Source: Candidatus Kapaibacterium sp. (GTDB lineage Bacteria; Bacteroidota; Ignavibacteria; Palsa-1295). Taken from it: DNA of 46,719 bases. A program made the translations under genes and the position numbers. The stretch is taken from the NCBI GenBank assembly GCA_046590195.1, contig JBKJTP010000278.1:1-46719 (forward strand), given 5' to 3'. This document shows, piece by piece, positions 15,853-25,210 of this stretch (position 1 is its first letter; every line of letters begins with the position of its first letter). The notes below the pieces were generated by a model that saw only the letters and a program-made list of their open reading frames with translations, did not search any database and was not told the origin of the DNA.

Positions 15853-16665
15853 TTATGAATTGGACTTTGCGTCGAACTGTCGGGCTGAATCCTGGATGAT
15901 GTTAAAGATCATATCATGGAGTACGCCATTCGTCGCGATGATCGACTTCGTGTGGATATTGTAATCCTCGCCATCATAATGCGTAACGCGGCCACCGGCC
16001 TCACGCACAAGCAACTGTCCTGCCGCCGTATCCCATGGTGAAAGATATGCTTCCCAGAAGCCATCGAAGCGGCCACAAGCAACATACGCAAGATCGAGTG
16101 CTGCACTGCCTAACCGACGCACGAGCAAACCCTTGCTCAGAAAAGCAGTGAACTGCTCGATCACACGACCCGGATTCTTATCGACGTGATACGGAAATCC
16201 TGTGACGAACAAGCTCTTTGTCGGATCAACCGAGTTCGACACACTGATCGGCTTACCGTTCAGGAATGCACCCATGCCACGCTGCACGGTGAAGAGCTCG
16301 TTGAGATTCGGATTGTAAATAACACCACACTCAACTACACCTTTTACTTCGACGCCAATAGATACGCACCAGATCGGCAGACCATGCGCATAGTTGACTG
16401 TACCATCGATCGGATCGATCACCCAGCGTACATCGCCGGTTTCCTCATTGCCACCACGCTCTTCGCCAAGGAAAACGTGCCCTTCGAAGGTGCTCATCAC
16501 TCGCGCGCGGATCATATCTTCGTTGTCCTTATCGACCTGAGTAACAAGGTCCATCTCGTTGGACTTCGTCTGAATGATAAGATCTGACTTCTGGACCCGA
16601 TGTGCGTGATCTCCTGCTTCTTTTGCAGCGATGATCGCCACCTCTAAGAACTTGTCGATATCCAT
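15853..16665 (-). CDS. Inositol monophosphatase family protein (SuhB-like)
   Basis: FLGEERGG and WVIDPIDGTVNYAHG metal-binding motifs, plus WDTAAG near the C-terminus. The start overlaps the larB stop (TAATG). Confidence 0.85.
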   Translation of the reverse strand: MDIDKFLEVAIIAAKEAGDHAHRVQKSDLIIQTKSNEMDLVTQVDKDNEDMIRARVMSTFEGHVFLGEERGGNEETGDVRWVIDPIDGTVNYAHGLPIWCVSIGVEVKGVVECGVIYNPNLNELFTVQRGMGAFLNGKPISVSNSVDPTKSLFVTGFPYHVDKNPGRVIEQFTAFLSKGLLVRRLGSAALDLAYVACGRFDGFWEAYLSPWDTAAGQLLVREAGGRVTHYDGEDYNIHTKSIIATNGVLHDMIFNIIQDSARQFDAKSNS

Positions 16666-17450
16666 TAAACTTGTGAGGGAGAAGAAGAAGGAGGCATTGA
16701 AGCACCTTTCTTAATACTGAGGATGCGCATGGCTGCCATGGCTGCGCCAAAACCATTGTCGATGTTCACGACCGTGAGCCCGGATGCGCATGAGTTTAGC
16801 ATCCCAAGCAATGCAGCAACGCCTTGAAAGCTCGCGCCATAACCCACGCTTGTGGGCACTGCGATGACCGGGCAGCTCACGAGCCCACCAACGACTGAAG
16901 GCAACGCGCCCTCCATTCCTGCGATCACGATGATCACATCTGCAGATCTAAAATCTTCTTGTCTATCTAATAAGCGATGGATGCCGGCAACACCGACATC
17001 ATTGATCGGCATGATCCGACCAACACCACCGACCTGAAGCGTGACCGATGCTTCGAGCGCCACACTCAGATCGCTCGTGCCTGCACAGATGATCGCGACG
17101 GAGGACTCGCGAAGTGACTGAGGAATGCTGCTGGCCTGAGGCCGAATGTAAATACACTTCGCTAACGGCTCATACTCGGCTTCGGCGATAATCGACTTCA
17201 CAGCAACAAAGTGCTGCTCCGATGCACGCGTGACCAGCAACCGGCCGCTATGTGCGTAGATCTTCGCCGCGATCTCAGCTGTGATCTCGGGGGTCTTAAG
17301 TTCGCCATAGATCACTTCGGGAAAGCCCTGCCGAGCTTCGCGATCGAGATCGACCGTAGCTTGTCCGTTGATGCTTGTATGCAGTTTGCTTTCCACTCCT
17401 GAGAAAAGAGACGAAGAAGTAAAGTGAGGGTCTTCTGTGTTGCAATCCAC
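16665..17450 (-). CDS. larB: LarB-like NCAIR-mutase (PurE-fold) protein, nickel-pincer cofactor biosynthesis type
   Basis: VDLDREARQGFPEVIYGELKTPEI..., then IIVIAGMEGALPSVVGGLVSCPVIAVPTSVGYGASFQGVAALLGMLNSCASGLTVVNIDNGFGAA. The start is a GTG, and an alternative GTG lies 18 codons downstream. Confidence 0.7.
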   Translation of the reverse strand: MDCNTEDPHFTSSSLFSGVESKLHTSINGQATVDLDREARQGFPEVIYGELKTPEITAEIAAKIYAHSGRLLVTRASEQHFVAVKSIIAEAEYEPLAKCIYIRPQASSIPQSLRESSVAIICAGTSDLSVALEASVTLQVGGVGRIMPINDVGVAGIHRLLDRQEDFRSADVIIVIAGMEGALPSVVGGLVSCPVIAVPTSVGYGASFQGVAALLGMLNSCASGLTVVNIDNGFGAAMAAMRILSIKKGASMPPSSSPSQV

Positions 17451-17488
17451 TCAGCCGTAGGCCTCGCAGTCGCCACATATCCTTATTG

Positions 17489-18121
17489 ATGGATTCGATT
17501 CAACAACCGATCTGGCAGAATCTTTTCGCCATTCTGGCTGGATACCTCATCGGCTCCATCCCATTCGCCTACATCTTCGCCAAGTGGCGGACGGGGAAGG
17601 ATCTCCGGAAAGAGGGCAGCGGCAATATCGGTACGCTCAACAGTTACGAGGTCACTGGCAGCCGAACCGTGGGGGTTTTCACTCTGATCTTCGATGTGCT
17701 TAAAGGCGTGGTCCCGACATGGCTGGCAATGATCTATTTTTCCGACGCTGTCGTGCTTCCGCTCGCTGTCGCGCTTGTCGTTGGACACTGTTTTCCGGTC
17801 TGGCTGAAGTTTAAGGGTGGTCGCGGATTAGCAACCGCTGCGGGCGTCACGTTCGCGATCAGCTGGCTGTTGCTACCACTCTGGCTTATGGGATTCGGTA
17901 TCGGGATGCTTATCAAGCGTCAGGTGCATGTCGGGGCAGTCACCGCTTGCATCTTCACAGCGATCGCTCTGCTCGTCATACCTTTCAACGTTCTCAACTC
18001 ATTCAGCATAGTGAATGTACCGGTTAATGAGATACGCAACGGAGCATGGCTGATCTTGCTCGTCGTTCTCATTCGCCACATAGAACCGATGATGGCACTT
18101 CGAGATCACCCATCCTCATGA
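17489..18121 (+). CDS. plsY: Glycerol-3-phosphate acyltransferase PlsY
   Basis: GYLIGSIPFAYIF, GSGNIGTLN, FDVLKGVVP and HCFPVWLKFKGGRGLATAAG. The ATG at 17489 directly follows the TTG at 17486. Confidence 0.85.
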   Translation: MDSIQQPIWQNLFAILAGYLIGSIPFAYIFAKWRTGKDLRKEGSGNIGTLNSYEVTGSRTVGVFTLIFDVLKGVVPTWLAMIYFSDAVVLPLAVALVVGHCFPVWLKFKGGRGLATAAGVTFAISWLLLPLWLMGFGIGMLIKRQVHVGAVTACIFTAIALLVIPFNVLNSFSIVNVPVNEIRNGAWLILLVVLIRHIEPMMALRDHPSS

Positions 18122-18768
18122 CCGATCAACCATTCTACGATTTCCCGGTCGATATCGCTAACCCATCGAACGCGCATGGCATCCAGTTGCGTATGCTCAA
18201 AGGCGAGGGCAAGCGCATACTCGATGTAGGTTGTCACTCTGGGTTGATGGGAAGTATGGTGAAGGAGGAACTGACAGCCGTGGTGGTAGGGATTGACTTT
18301 GACGGCGTGGCTCTGAACGTCGCGAGATCGAGGCTCGACCGAGTGCATGAAGTGGATCTCGAATTCGAGGGTTGGGCAAACGAACTGCTGGAAAAAGGCG
18401 AGGGCAACTTTGATGTCGCGCTTTTCGGTGACGTGCTTGAGCACACCACTGATCCCGAAGGCATTTTGCGCGAGACGCGCAAGCTACTGAAACCTGAGGG
18501 CAAAGTCATCGTTAGTTTACCTAACGTAGCAAACCTGCGCGTCCGCTTGGGCTTGCTTCGCGGCAATTTCACCTACGCGGAGAGCGGGATCCTTGATAGG
18601 ACGCATCTCCGATTTTTCACGCTCGAAAGCGCGCATGAATTGCTCGAACGCTCAGGTTATGAACTTGAGGATTCGGACGTTGCTGGTTACTCTCTGCCGC
18701 ACTGGCTGTTACGTATGTTTCCCGGATTGCTCGCCGTGCAGATCGTCATGCGCGGAAGGGTTCGGTAA
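18118..18768 (+). CDS. Class I SAM-dependent methyltransferase
   Basis: ATG at 18118 overlaps the plsY stop (ATGA). SAM-binding motif ILDVGCHSGLMG, then ALFGDVLEHTTDPEGILRE...LKPEGKVIVSLPN (Methyltransf_11/23-like). Confidence 0.75.
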   Translation: MTDQPFYDFPVDIANPSNAHGIQLRMLKGEGKRILDVGCHSGLMGSMVKEELTAVVVGIDFDGVALNVARSRLDRVHEVDLEFEGWANELLEKGEGNFDVALFGDVLEHTTDPEGILRETRKLLKPEGKVIVSLPNVANLRVRLGLLRGNFTYAESGILDRTHLRFFTLESAHELLERSGYELEDSDVAGYSLPHWLLRMFPGLLAVQIVMRGRVR

Positions 18769-18792
18769 CATCCGTGGTCCGCGGCCTGTGAC

Positions 18793-20028
18793 ATGTTTGC
18801 GATGAACAACAACTCCCACACAACACATATGTTTACCATTTTACCGCAGCTCTTAGCTCTTATGACTGCGGCAACTCCGCTTGCATCCTGCCAGGATGCA
18901 CAGACCGAGTTGAACAATGGAGCAAAGGTCTATTCAGTCTCGACAGTGCGACAGGATGATCAGCGCGATCCGAATGCGACGATCTCTGCCTCAAGGAAGA
19001 ATGCGATCACAACAGCGGTTGCTAAAGCAAGTCCTGCAGTGGTCGGCATCAATGTGACCGAAGTTCGGCAGGAACGTGTAAGTTCGTTCTTCGGCGATCC
19101 ATTCTTCGATCAATTCTTTCGCGATCAGGGCCGCATACGCCAGCACCATGTGAAAGGGCTTGGCTCCGGCTTTCTCATCTCGAAGGACGGTTACATCATC
19201 ACGAACGATCACGTAGCAGGCAATGCGACAGAGATCGTAGTAACAACAACTGACGGCAAAGAGCACACTGCAAAGCTTATCGCGTCCGACAGAACGAATG
19301 ATGTCGCCTTGCTCAAGATCGAAGGCAACAACTTTGCTTTCCTGAAGCTTGGCAACTCAGATGATCTTGCCATCGGCGAGTGGGCCATTGCGATGGGCAA
19401 TCCATTTGGGCTGTTCGATAAGAACCAGAAGCCGACTGTTACGGTAGGTGTCATCAGTAACAATGGTGTGACACTAGGCCTGCAAGGCGATCGTAACTAT
19501 CGCGACATGGTCCAAACCGATGCAGCCATATCAAGCGGTAACTCTGGCGGGCCGCTGCTGAATGCGAACGGCGAAGTGATCGGCGTGAATGCAACGATCT
19601 ACAGCACTGCAACATCCTATGGTGGAGAAGCAGGCTCGATCGGGCTTGGCTTTGCGATACCGGTGAACAAAGTAAAGAAGATCGTCGATGACTTCATGTC
19701 TGGCAAGCCAAGTCGTGGGGCGATCGCGGATCTTGGCTTCGTTGCTGTGCCGCTGACCGATGGGATACGGCAAGATCACGACATCAAGGCAACTGAAGGC
19801 GTGATCGTGTGGCAGATGTATCGCAACTCGATTGCAGAGCGTAATGGCATTGAGCCGGGCGATGTGATCAAGTCAGTGGACACCGAGCGCATTCGTAGCT
19901 GGGAAGATTTCCAAAGCGTCATCGCGGATCATAAGCCTGGCGATGTCGTCACGCTCTCCATCGAACGTGGCAGCCGAGATGTCCAACTAAAGCTGAAGCT
20001 CGAACCTCAACGCGTGACAGGAAGATAG
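18793..20028 (+). CDS. HtrA/DegP-family serine protease with one PDZ domain
   Basis: Catalytic triad contexts TNDHV, DVALLKI and GNSGGPLLN. C-terminal PDZ-like segment GIEPGDVIKSVD. A possible lipoprotein start lies at 18829 (MFTILPQLLALMTAATPLASC). Confidence 0.85.
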   Translation: MFAMNNNSHTTHMFTILPQLLALMTAATPLASCQDAQTELNNGAKVYSVSTVRQDDQRDPNATISASRKNAITTAVAKASPAVVGINVTEVRQERVSSFFGDPFFDQFFRDQGRIRQHHVKGLGSGFLISKDGYIITNDHVAGNATEIVVTTTDGKEHTAKLIASDRTNDVALLKIEGNNFAFLKLGNSDDLAIGEWAIAMGNPFGLFDKNQKPTVTVGVISNNGVTLGLQGDRNYRDMVQTDAAISSGNSGGPLLNANGEVIGVNATIYSTATSYGGEAGSIGLGFAIPVNKVKKIVDDFMSGKPSRGAIADLGFVAVPLTDGIRQDHDIKATEGVIVWQMYRNSIAERNGIEPGDVIKSVDTERIRSWEDFQSVIADHKPGDVVTLSIERGSRDVQLKLKLEPQRVTGR

Positions 20029-20043
20029 AAAGTTGAATAAAGA

Positions 20044-20070
20044 AAAAGGCGGACAATGTCCGCCTTTTTC
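20044..20070. terminator. Bidirectional terminator between convergent htrA-like gene and purD
   Basis: AAAAGGCGGAC-aat-GTCCGCCTTTTT, with an A-run on one side and a T-run on the other. Confidence 0.8.
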
Positions 20071-20091
20071 TTCTCCACTTCGAATGCGAAA

Positions 20092-21417
20092 TTATTCTTC
20101 GACTTCCTTTGGCTCCATCGAGCGCAAGCCCTTCTGGCCAATGTCGCTGCGGTAATATGCGCCATTGAATGCGATGTGATGCACAGCGTTGTAAGCCTGT
20201 GCGATCGTACCCTTGAGATCATCGTCATAGCCGACTGCCGTCACCGATAGCACTCGTCCACCTGACGTAAGGATCTTACCGTGGTCATCCTTTTTCGTCG
20301 CGCCGTGGAAGACGACGAGTCCTTCATTGAATTGCTTCTCGACAGAGAATTCTTCAAGCCCTTCGATCAACTCGCCAGTCTGATAGCTATCAGGATATCC
20401 CTGGCTTGCCATCACAACCGTGACGGCACAAGCAGGGAAGAGCTTCACTTCGCCAAACTCTTTCAATCGTCCATCTGCGCAAGCTTTGAACAGCTCTGCA
20501 ACATCCCCTTCGATGAGTGGCAGCACAACCTGCGCTTCAGGATCTCCGAAGCGAACGTTGAACTCGACGACGCGCGCGCGGCCATTGCTGATCATCAGTC
20601 CGATATAGAGCACACCCCGATAAACACGGCCCTCTTCACGCAATCCTTTGAATACAGGCTCGACGATCTCCCTTTTAACTTGCTCAATTATCTCAGGCGT
20701 CACAACAGGCGCAGGTGCATAAGCGCCCATGCCGCCAGTGTTCTTGCCACGATCGCCATCGAGGATGCGCTTGTGATCTTGCGCTGGTGTAAGCAGCGCG
20801 TAATCGATGCCATCGGTAATAGCAAAGACGCTCGCCTCTTCACCCTCCATGAATTCCTCGATCACGATCTTCATCCCCGCTTCGCCGAATATGCGATGCG
20901 TAATGATCTCATCGAGCGCGTGCGTGGCTTCCGCTTCGGTCTGTACGATCACAACACCTTTACCTGCAGCGAGTCCATCGGCCTTAATGACTGCTGGATA
21001 AGTGACGTGACGCAAGAAAGCGCGAGCCTCTAATTCTTCTTCAGCAGAGAATACTGCATAGCGGGCAGTCGGCACATTATGTCGCTGCATGAATTCTTTA
21101 GCGAAGGCCTTCGATCCTTCGAGCAGTGCAGCATTTTTACGTGGACCGAATACAGGGATGCGCTCCTTCTCAAGAGCGTCGGCAATACCTGCAACGAGCG
21201 GCCCCTCTGGTCCGACAACAACAAGGTCGATACGCTCGCGAAGCACGAAGCTGACGACCGACTTCGGGTCGGAGGGGATAATGTCGACCAGTTCGGCGCT
21301 GTCTTCAATGCCGGCATTGCCTGGGCCACAGAAGATCTTGGCGACGATAGGAGATTGCTTCAACTTCCAGCAGATGGCATGTTCACGCGCGCCGGCACCG
21401 AGTACGAGGATCCTCAT
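20092..21417 (-). CDS. purD: Phosphoribosylamine--glycine ligase PurD
   Basis: 441 aa. MRILVLGAGAREHAICWKL N-terminus, ATP-grasp core, and C-terminal GGRVLSVTAVG block. Confidence 0.9.
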   Translation of the reverse strand: MRILVLGAGAREHAICWKLKQSPIVAKIFCGPGNAGIEDSAELVDIIPSDPKSVVSFVLRERIDLVVVGPEGPLVAGIADALEKERIPVFGPRKNAALLEGSKAFAKEFMQRHNVPTARYAVFSAEEELEARAFLRHVTYPAVIKADGLAAGKGVVIVQTEAEATHALDEIITHRIFGEAGMKIVIEEFMEGEEASVFAITDGIDYALLTPAQDHKRILDGDRGKNTGGMGAYAPAPVVTPEIIEQVKREIVEPVFKGLREEGRVYRGVLYIGLMISNGRARVVEFNVRFGDPEAQVVLPLIEGDVAELFKACADGRLKEFGEVKLFPACAVTVVMASQGYPDSYQTGELIEGLEEFSVEKQFNEGLVVFHGATKKDDHGKILTSGGRVLSVTAVGYDDDLKGTIAQAYNAVHHIAFNGAYYRSDIGQKGLRSMEPKEVEE

Positions 21418-21760
21418 GGGAAATAGTTAACCGCTATGGATACGATAATTTCTAGGATTACATCCTTGGAGGAATGATATCCTGGGGAGTCGGCAAATTT
21501 ACGAATAAATCCTGCACAAATTGTGGGATATTGTGGAGTTTGATGAATCTTCCCCAATAACGAGCATTAACGGGTAATAATGAACCCCTAGGTGAATCAT
21601 AACTCCTGAACAGAGGGCTTTACTTCTTCGTAGTATTACCGTCTGATGAAACGAGTTTTCGAACTCGTCGAAGATCGGGGCACACTAGTTGAAGTAAAGA
21701 CAAGCAATTGTCACCCCGAAATCGAGACCCGGGCACTCCCGAAGTTTTATATTGAACACT

Positions 21761-22624
21761 ATGACTATGATGATGAACACTATTGCTAACACTTTTACGA
21801 AGTCGGCTAAGAAGAGTTTTAAGAAGAATGTTTTCCGCACAGGACTGGCCCTCGCGCTGGCGGCTGGCTCATTAGCTGGAAGCGCAGACGTGGCGCAAGC
21901 CCAAACCCGCAAGTCGGTCTTCCAGACCGGCGAAGAGCTTACCTACAAAGTGAAGTTCGGCTTTATCAAGCTCGGTACCGTCTCGATCAAGACCGGCGGC
22001 CCTTCCACGAACCATGGTCCAAACAAGGTAATTGCCAAGATGCAGTTCGCAACGGCTGACGTGCCTTTCTTGGATGCGAAGTCGCTCGTAACGGACGTGA
22101 TCGACACTAGTGCAATGTATCTTGTCCATTTCGACCAAAAGGGCCAGGAAGGCGACAAGAAGCAGGAGAAGACCATGCTCTATGACAAGGCAAAGAAGAC
22201 CTTGACATATAACGATGCAACGACCAAGAACAAGGTCTCGACCAACATTGAGCCTTTCAACGATGCTCTGACCCTCGTATTCAACATGCGCACATGGTCG
22301 GCTTCGGGCAAGCGCTACAGCTTCGCAATGCGCAGTAAGGACGGCGAGAACAACGTGGTCTGTAACTTCACCAACAAGATCTCCAATCAGGAGGTAGAGG
22401 CTTGGGACGATAAGAAGATCCGCACTCGTGTGGTCCAGGGACAGGCGAACATGGGCGATGGCGCACCACTCGGCGCAAATGGCAAGTTCACGGCTTACAT
22501 CACAGACGATGCAGCAGCGATCCCAGTAAAGATCGACATGAGCATCTCGATCGGTTCGATCACCCTTGAGCTCGTAAAGGTCAAGCGTGCTGGTTGGAAC
22601 GTCGACATGGCGACCGCAAAGTAA
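21761..22624 (+). CDS. DUF3108-like secreted protein
   Basis: Signal peptide ...LAGSADVAQAQ. GEELTYKVKFGFIKLGTVSI and DALTLVFNMRTW resemble my memory of DUF3108. ATG at 21761 is preferred over the TTG at 21752. Confidence 0.6.
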   Translation: MTMMMNTIANTFTKSAKKSFKKNVFRTGLALALAAGSLAGSADVAQAQTRKSVFQTGEELTYKVKFGFIKLGTVSIKTGGPSTNHGPNKVIAKMQFATADVPFLDAKSLVTDVIDTSAMYLVHFDQKGQEGDKKQEKTMLYDKAKKTLTYNDATTKNKVSTNIEPFNDALTLVFNMRTWSASGKRYSFAMRSKDGENNVVCNFTNKISNQEVEAWDDKKIRTRVVQGQANMGDGAPLGANGKFTAYITDDAAAIPVKIDMSISIGSITLELVKVKRAGWNVDMATAK

Positions 22625-22676
22625 TCGAATTCATATCATAGTCAATCGGCCGAAGGGTCGAAAGACCACAAGTCAG

Positions 22677-22706
22677 AAGGCCGCGAGCGATCGCGGCCTT
22701 TTTTTG
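22677..22706 (+). terminator. Rho-independent terminator after the DUF3108-like gene
   Basis: AAGGCCGCGA-gcga-TCGCGGCCTT followed by TTTTTGTTT. Confidence 0.85.
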
Positions 22707-22851
22707 TTTGCCAATTTCTTAGGGTCTCCCGCGCAGCACGTAGAACATACCAGCGCTACCGCTGTTCATCCCTGTGGCAGACGCTGACCGTAACTCCCAA
22801 ACCGGAACGCCGTTAAGCCTGCCTGTTCACTCGACCAGCACATTCTCGCCT

Positions 22852-23778
22852 ATGTACATCCTCGAACTTGATTGGGTCCGCAAGGTCTATGACCTGCAGA
22901 TCGCTGTCAATGATATCTCTTTCAAGGTCCCCAAAGGATCTATATTCGGATTGTTGGGCCCCAATGGGGCTGGCAAGACCTCTACGATCCGCATGATCAC
23001 AGGCATCACGCTGCCAGATAGCGGCGCGATCCGACTGTTCGGCGAACCACAGCGAGCAGAGCATCAAGACAAGATCGGCTATATGCCCGAGGAGCGTGGC
23101 CTTTACAAGAAACTGAAGGTGCGCCAGCAGCTTGAATATCTTGGTGCGCTGAAAGGATTGAACAAGCATGACCTTAAGCGCTCCATCGATTTCTGGCTCG
23201 ATCGTCTCGAGCTAACGACTTCTGAAAAAAAGAAGACGAACGAGCTCTCGAAAGGGATGCATCAAAAGTTGCAGTTCATCGCAACCGTGCTGCACGATCC
23301 CGATCTGCTCATCCTCGATGAGCCACTCTCCGGACTCGATCCGGTAAATGCGCAGATCATCAACGATGTCATACTGGACTTCCAAAAGCAGGGTAAGACG
23401 ATCATCCTATCGACTCACCGGATGGAGCAGGTCGAGCAGCTATGCGATGAGATCGTGCTAATGCACCGCGCATCGATCGTGCTTGCAGGTACGCTTCGCG
23501 AGTTGAAGAGCCAGTCGGGCAGGATGCTCATCAACATCAGCTTCTACGGTGATGATAGCTTTGTCGACGTGCTTCCAGCGGGAGTTACAACGTTATCGCG
23601 CACACGCAATGAAGTATTGCTTGAGCTTGGTGATAGAGTAAAGCCGAATGATATCCTTCGCATCGCTGCAGAGCGAGCCGAGATCCGGAAGTGGGAGATG
23701 GTTGAGCCGCCACTGAAAGAGATGTTCCTCGACGCCGTACGAAGCCGCGGCGAAAAGATCGAGGAAAAAGCTATCTGA
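22852..23778 (+). CDS. ABC transporter ATP-binding protein (ABC-2 / NatA-like)
   Basis: ATG at 22852 (MYILELDWVRKVYD). Walker A GPNGAGKTS, signature LSKGMHQKLQF, Walker B LILDEPLSGLD, H-loop STHRM. The upstream GTG at 22774 is less likely. Confidence 0.85.
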   Translation: MYILELDWVRKVYDLQIAVNDISFKVPKGSIFGLLGPNGAGKTSTIRMITGITLPDSGAIRLFGEPQRAEHQDKIGYMPEERGLYKKLKVRQQLEYLGALKGLNKHDLKRSIDFWLDRLELTTSEKKKTNELSKGMHQKLQFIATVLHDPDLLILDEPLSGLDPVNAQIINDVILDFQKQGKTIILSTHRMEQVEQLCDEIVLMHRASIVLAGTLRELKSQSGRMLINISFYGDDSFVDVLPAGVTTLSRTRNEVLLELGDRVKPNDILRIAAERAEIRKWEMVEPPLKEMFLDAVRSRGEKIEEKAI

Positions 23779-23800
23779 TCACCTTCAACTCACAATCAAC

Positions 23801-25135
23801 ATGATAAGCAAGAAGTCGATGATCGTGCTTAAGCACGAATTTCTGCAGAAGGTCAAGTCGAAGGGGTATGTCATCTTCACACTTCTCGGACCGCTACTCT
23901 TATCGCTGCTCTTCGTGATCCCTGCGCTACTCGCAACAGTGGATACGGGTGACAAGCGAGTGCTCTCCGTGGTCGACAGCACCGGAAAATTTGCAAGCTA
24001 CTTCGAAGGAGCAAACGCACTAGAACCTGCGATAAACCTGGAGGAGGAGTTTACCGGTACACCTACACGTGAGCAGCAAACGAAGTCAGCGGCCAGCGCG
24101 ATACAAACTGATATCGATATCAAGGTCGTACCGAGTAACACCTCGATCGAGACATTGAGGGAGCAGATCGAAGGCGAGAGTATTACAGGCTTTCTCGTCA
24201 TCCCGGCCAACGTCTTTCAGGACACAGGTGCAAGCCGCGCGATATTGCGACTGCGCAACACGAACGACTTTTCAGTGATCCAAGAGATCGAAGGCATCTA
24301 TGCAGAAGCATTGCGCAATGAGAAGCTGAAAGCGAAAGGGGTGGATCCGCAGATCCTCCACGACATCGATGAGCTAGCAAATCTCAGCGTCATCAAGGTA
24401 TCTGATGGCGGCGAGAGCCACGATGGAGGTGCATCATTCTTGGCTGGTTATCTGACAGGCTTCCTGATGTACATGGCACTGCTCATCTACGGCTCGATGA
24501 TCCTGCGAAGCGTTGTAGAGGAGAAGAGCACCCGTGTGATCGAGGTAATGGTATCAAGTGTGAAGCCATTCGATCTGCTTGTGGGCAAGGTGCTCGGTAT
24601 TTCTGCAGCCGCGGTACTTCAAATGAGTGTATGGGCGATCATGATGGCGCTGCTTGCAACAGTGGGTGTCAACATTGCGCAGAAGATGGCTGGCTCAAAT
24701 TTCAACATCGACATTCCGCCAGAGCTCTTCATCTACTTCGTTGTCTTCTACATCCTTGGCTTCCTGATCTACGCTACGCTCTTTGCAGCGCTTGGTGCGA
24801 CAGCAGATCAGGAGAGTGACGTACAGCAGGCATCACTACCGATCACGATGCTTGTGGTGATCCCGATCCTCCTGATGACAAGCGTCATTCAGGCACCTTC
24901 TAGCACGATGAGCACGATCCTATCCATGGTGCCATTCTTCGCACCGATCCTGATGATGGGACGCATCTTCAGCGAGACGCCTCCATTCTGGCAGATCGCA
25001 TTGACGATCGTGATCATGATCGCCACGTTCTTCGGAGCGCTTTGGGTAGCCTCACGTATCTACCGGACCGGTATCTTGATGTATGGCAAGCGATTTACTC
25101 CGAAGGAGATCTTCAAATGGATCAAGTACAGTTGA
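23801..25135 (+). CDS. ABC-2 type transporter permease (NatB-like)
   Basis: 444 aa. An N-terminal TM is followed by a roughly 170-aa extracytoplasmic domain, then five or six C-terminal TM segments. It lies adjacent to the ATPase gene. Confidence 0.8.
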   Translation: MISKKSMIVLKHEFLQKVKSKGYVIFTLLGPLLLSLLFVIPALLATVDTGDKRVLSVVDSTGKFASYFEGANALEPAINLEEEFTGTPTREQQTKSAASAIQTDIDIKVVPSNTSIETLREQIEGESITGFLVIPANVFQDTGASRAILRLRNTNDFSVIQEIEGIYAEALRNEKLKAKGVDPQILHDIDELANLSVIKVSDGGESHDGGASFLAGYLTGFLMYMALLIYGSMILRSVVEEKSTRVIEVMVSSVKPFDLLVGKVLGISAAAVLQMSVWAIMMALLATVGVNIAQKMAGSNFNIDIPPELFIYFVVFYILGFLIYATLFAALGATADQESDVQQASLPITMLVVIPILLMTSVIQAPSSTMSTILSMVPFFAPILMMGRIFSETPPFWQIALTIVIMIATFFGALWVASRIYRTGILMYGKRFTPKEIFKWIKYS

Positions 25136-25194
25136 GTCCTGAGATGAAAGAGCTGGGTCCTGAGCAATGCTGAAAATCCTCAGCACTCAGCACT
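25134..25194. repeat. CTCAGCACT-type palindromic intergenic element (copy 2)
   Basis: GAGTCCTGAG...CCTGAGCAATGCTGA-aaatcc-TCAGCACTCAGCACT. It shares GAGTCCTGAG and CTCAGCACTCAGCACT with the 12005-12080 element. A hairpin forms between CTGAG/TGCTGA and TCAGCA/CTCAG (25160-25190). Confidence 0.65.
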
Positions 25195-25210
25195 TTCAAC
25201 TTGTCACTCT

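Noticed and set aside
21481-21560. Possible purine riboswitch upstream of purD. The minus strand reads TTCGTAAATTTGCCGACTCCCC, which resembles the CCGUAAAUGUCCGACU segment of G-box aptamers, and a GGGGA/TCCCC pair could serve as P1.
   Set aside because: The candidate P2 and P3 helices are only 4-5 bp, with 13-18-nt loops instead of two 7-bp helices with 7-nt loops. The J1/2 and J2/3 consensus is absent. It is most likely a chance match, and an Infernal scan with RF00167 would settle it.
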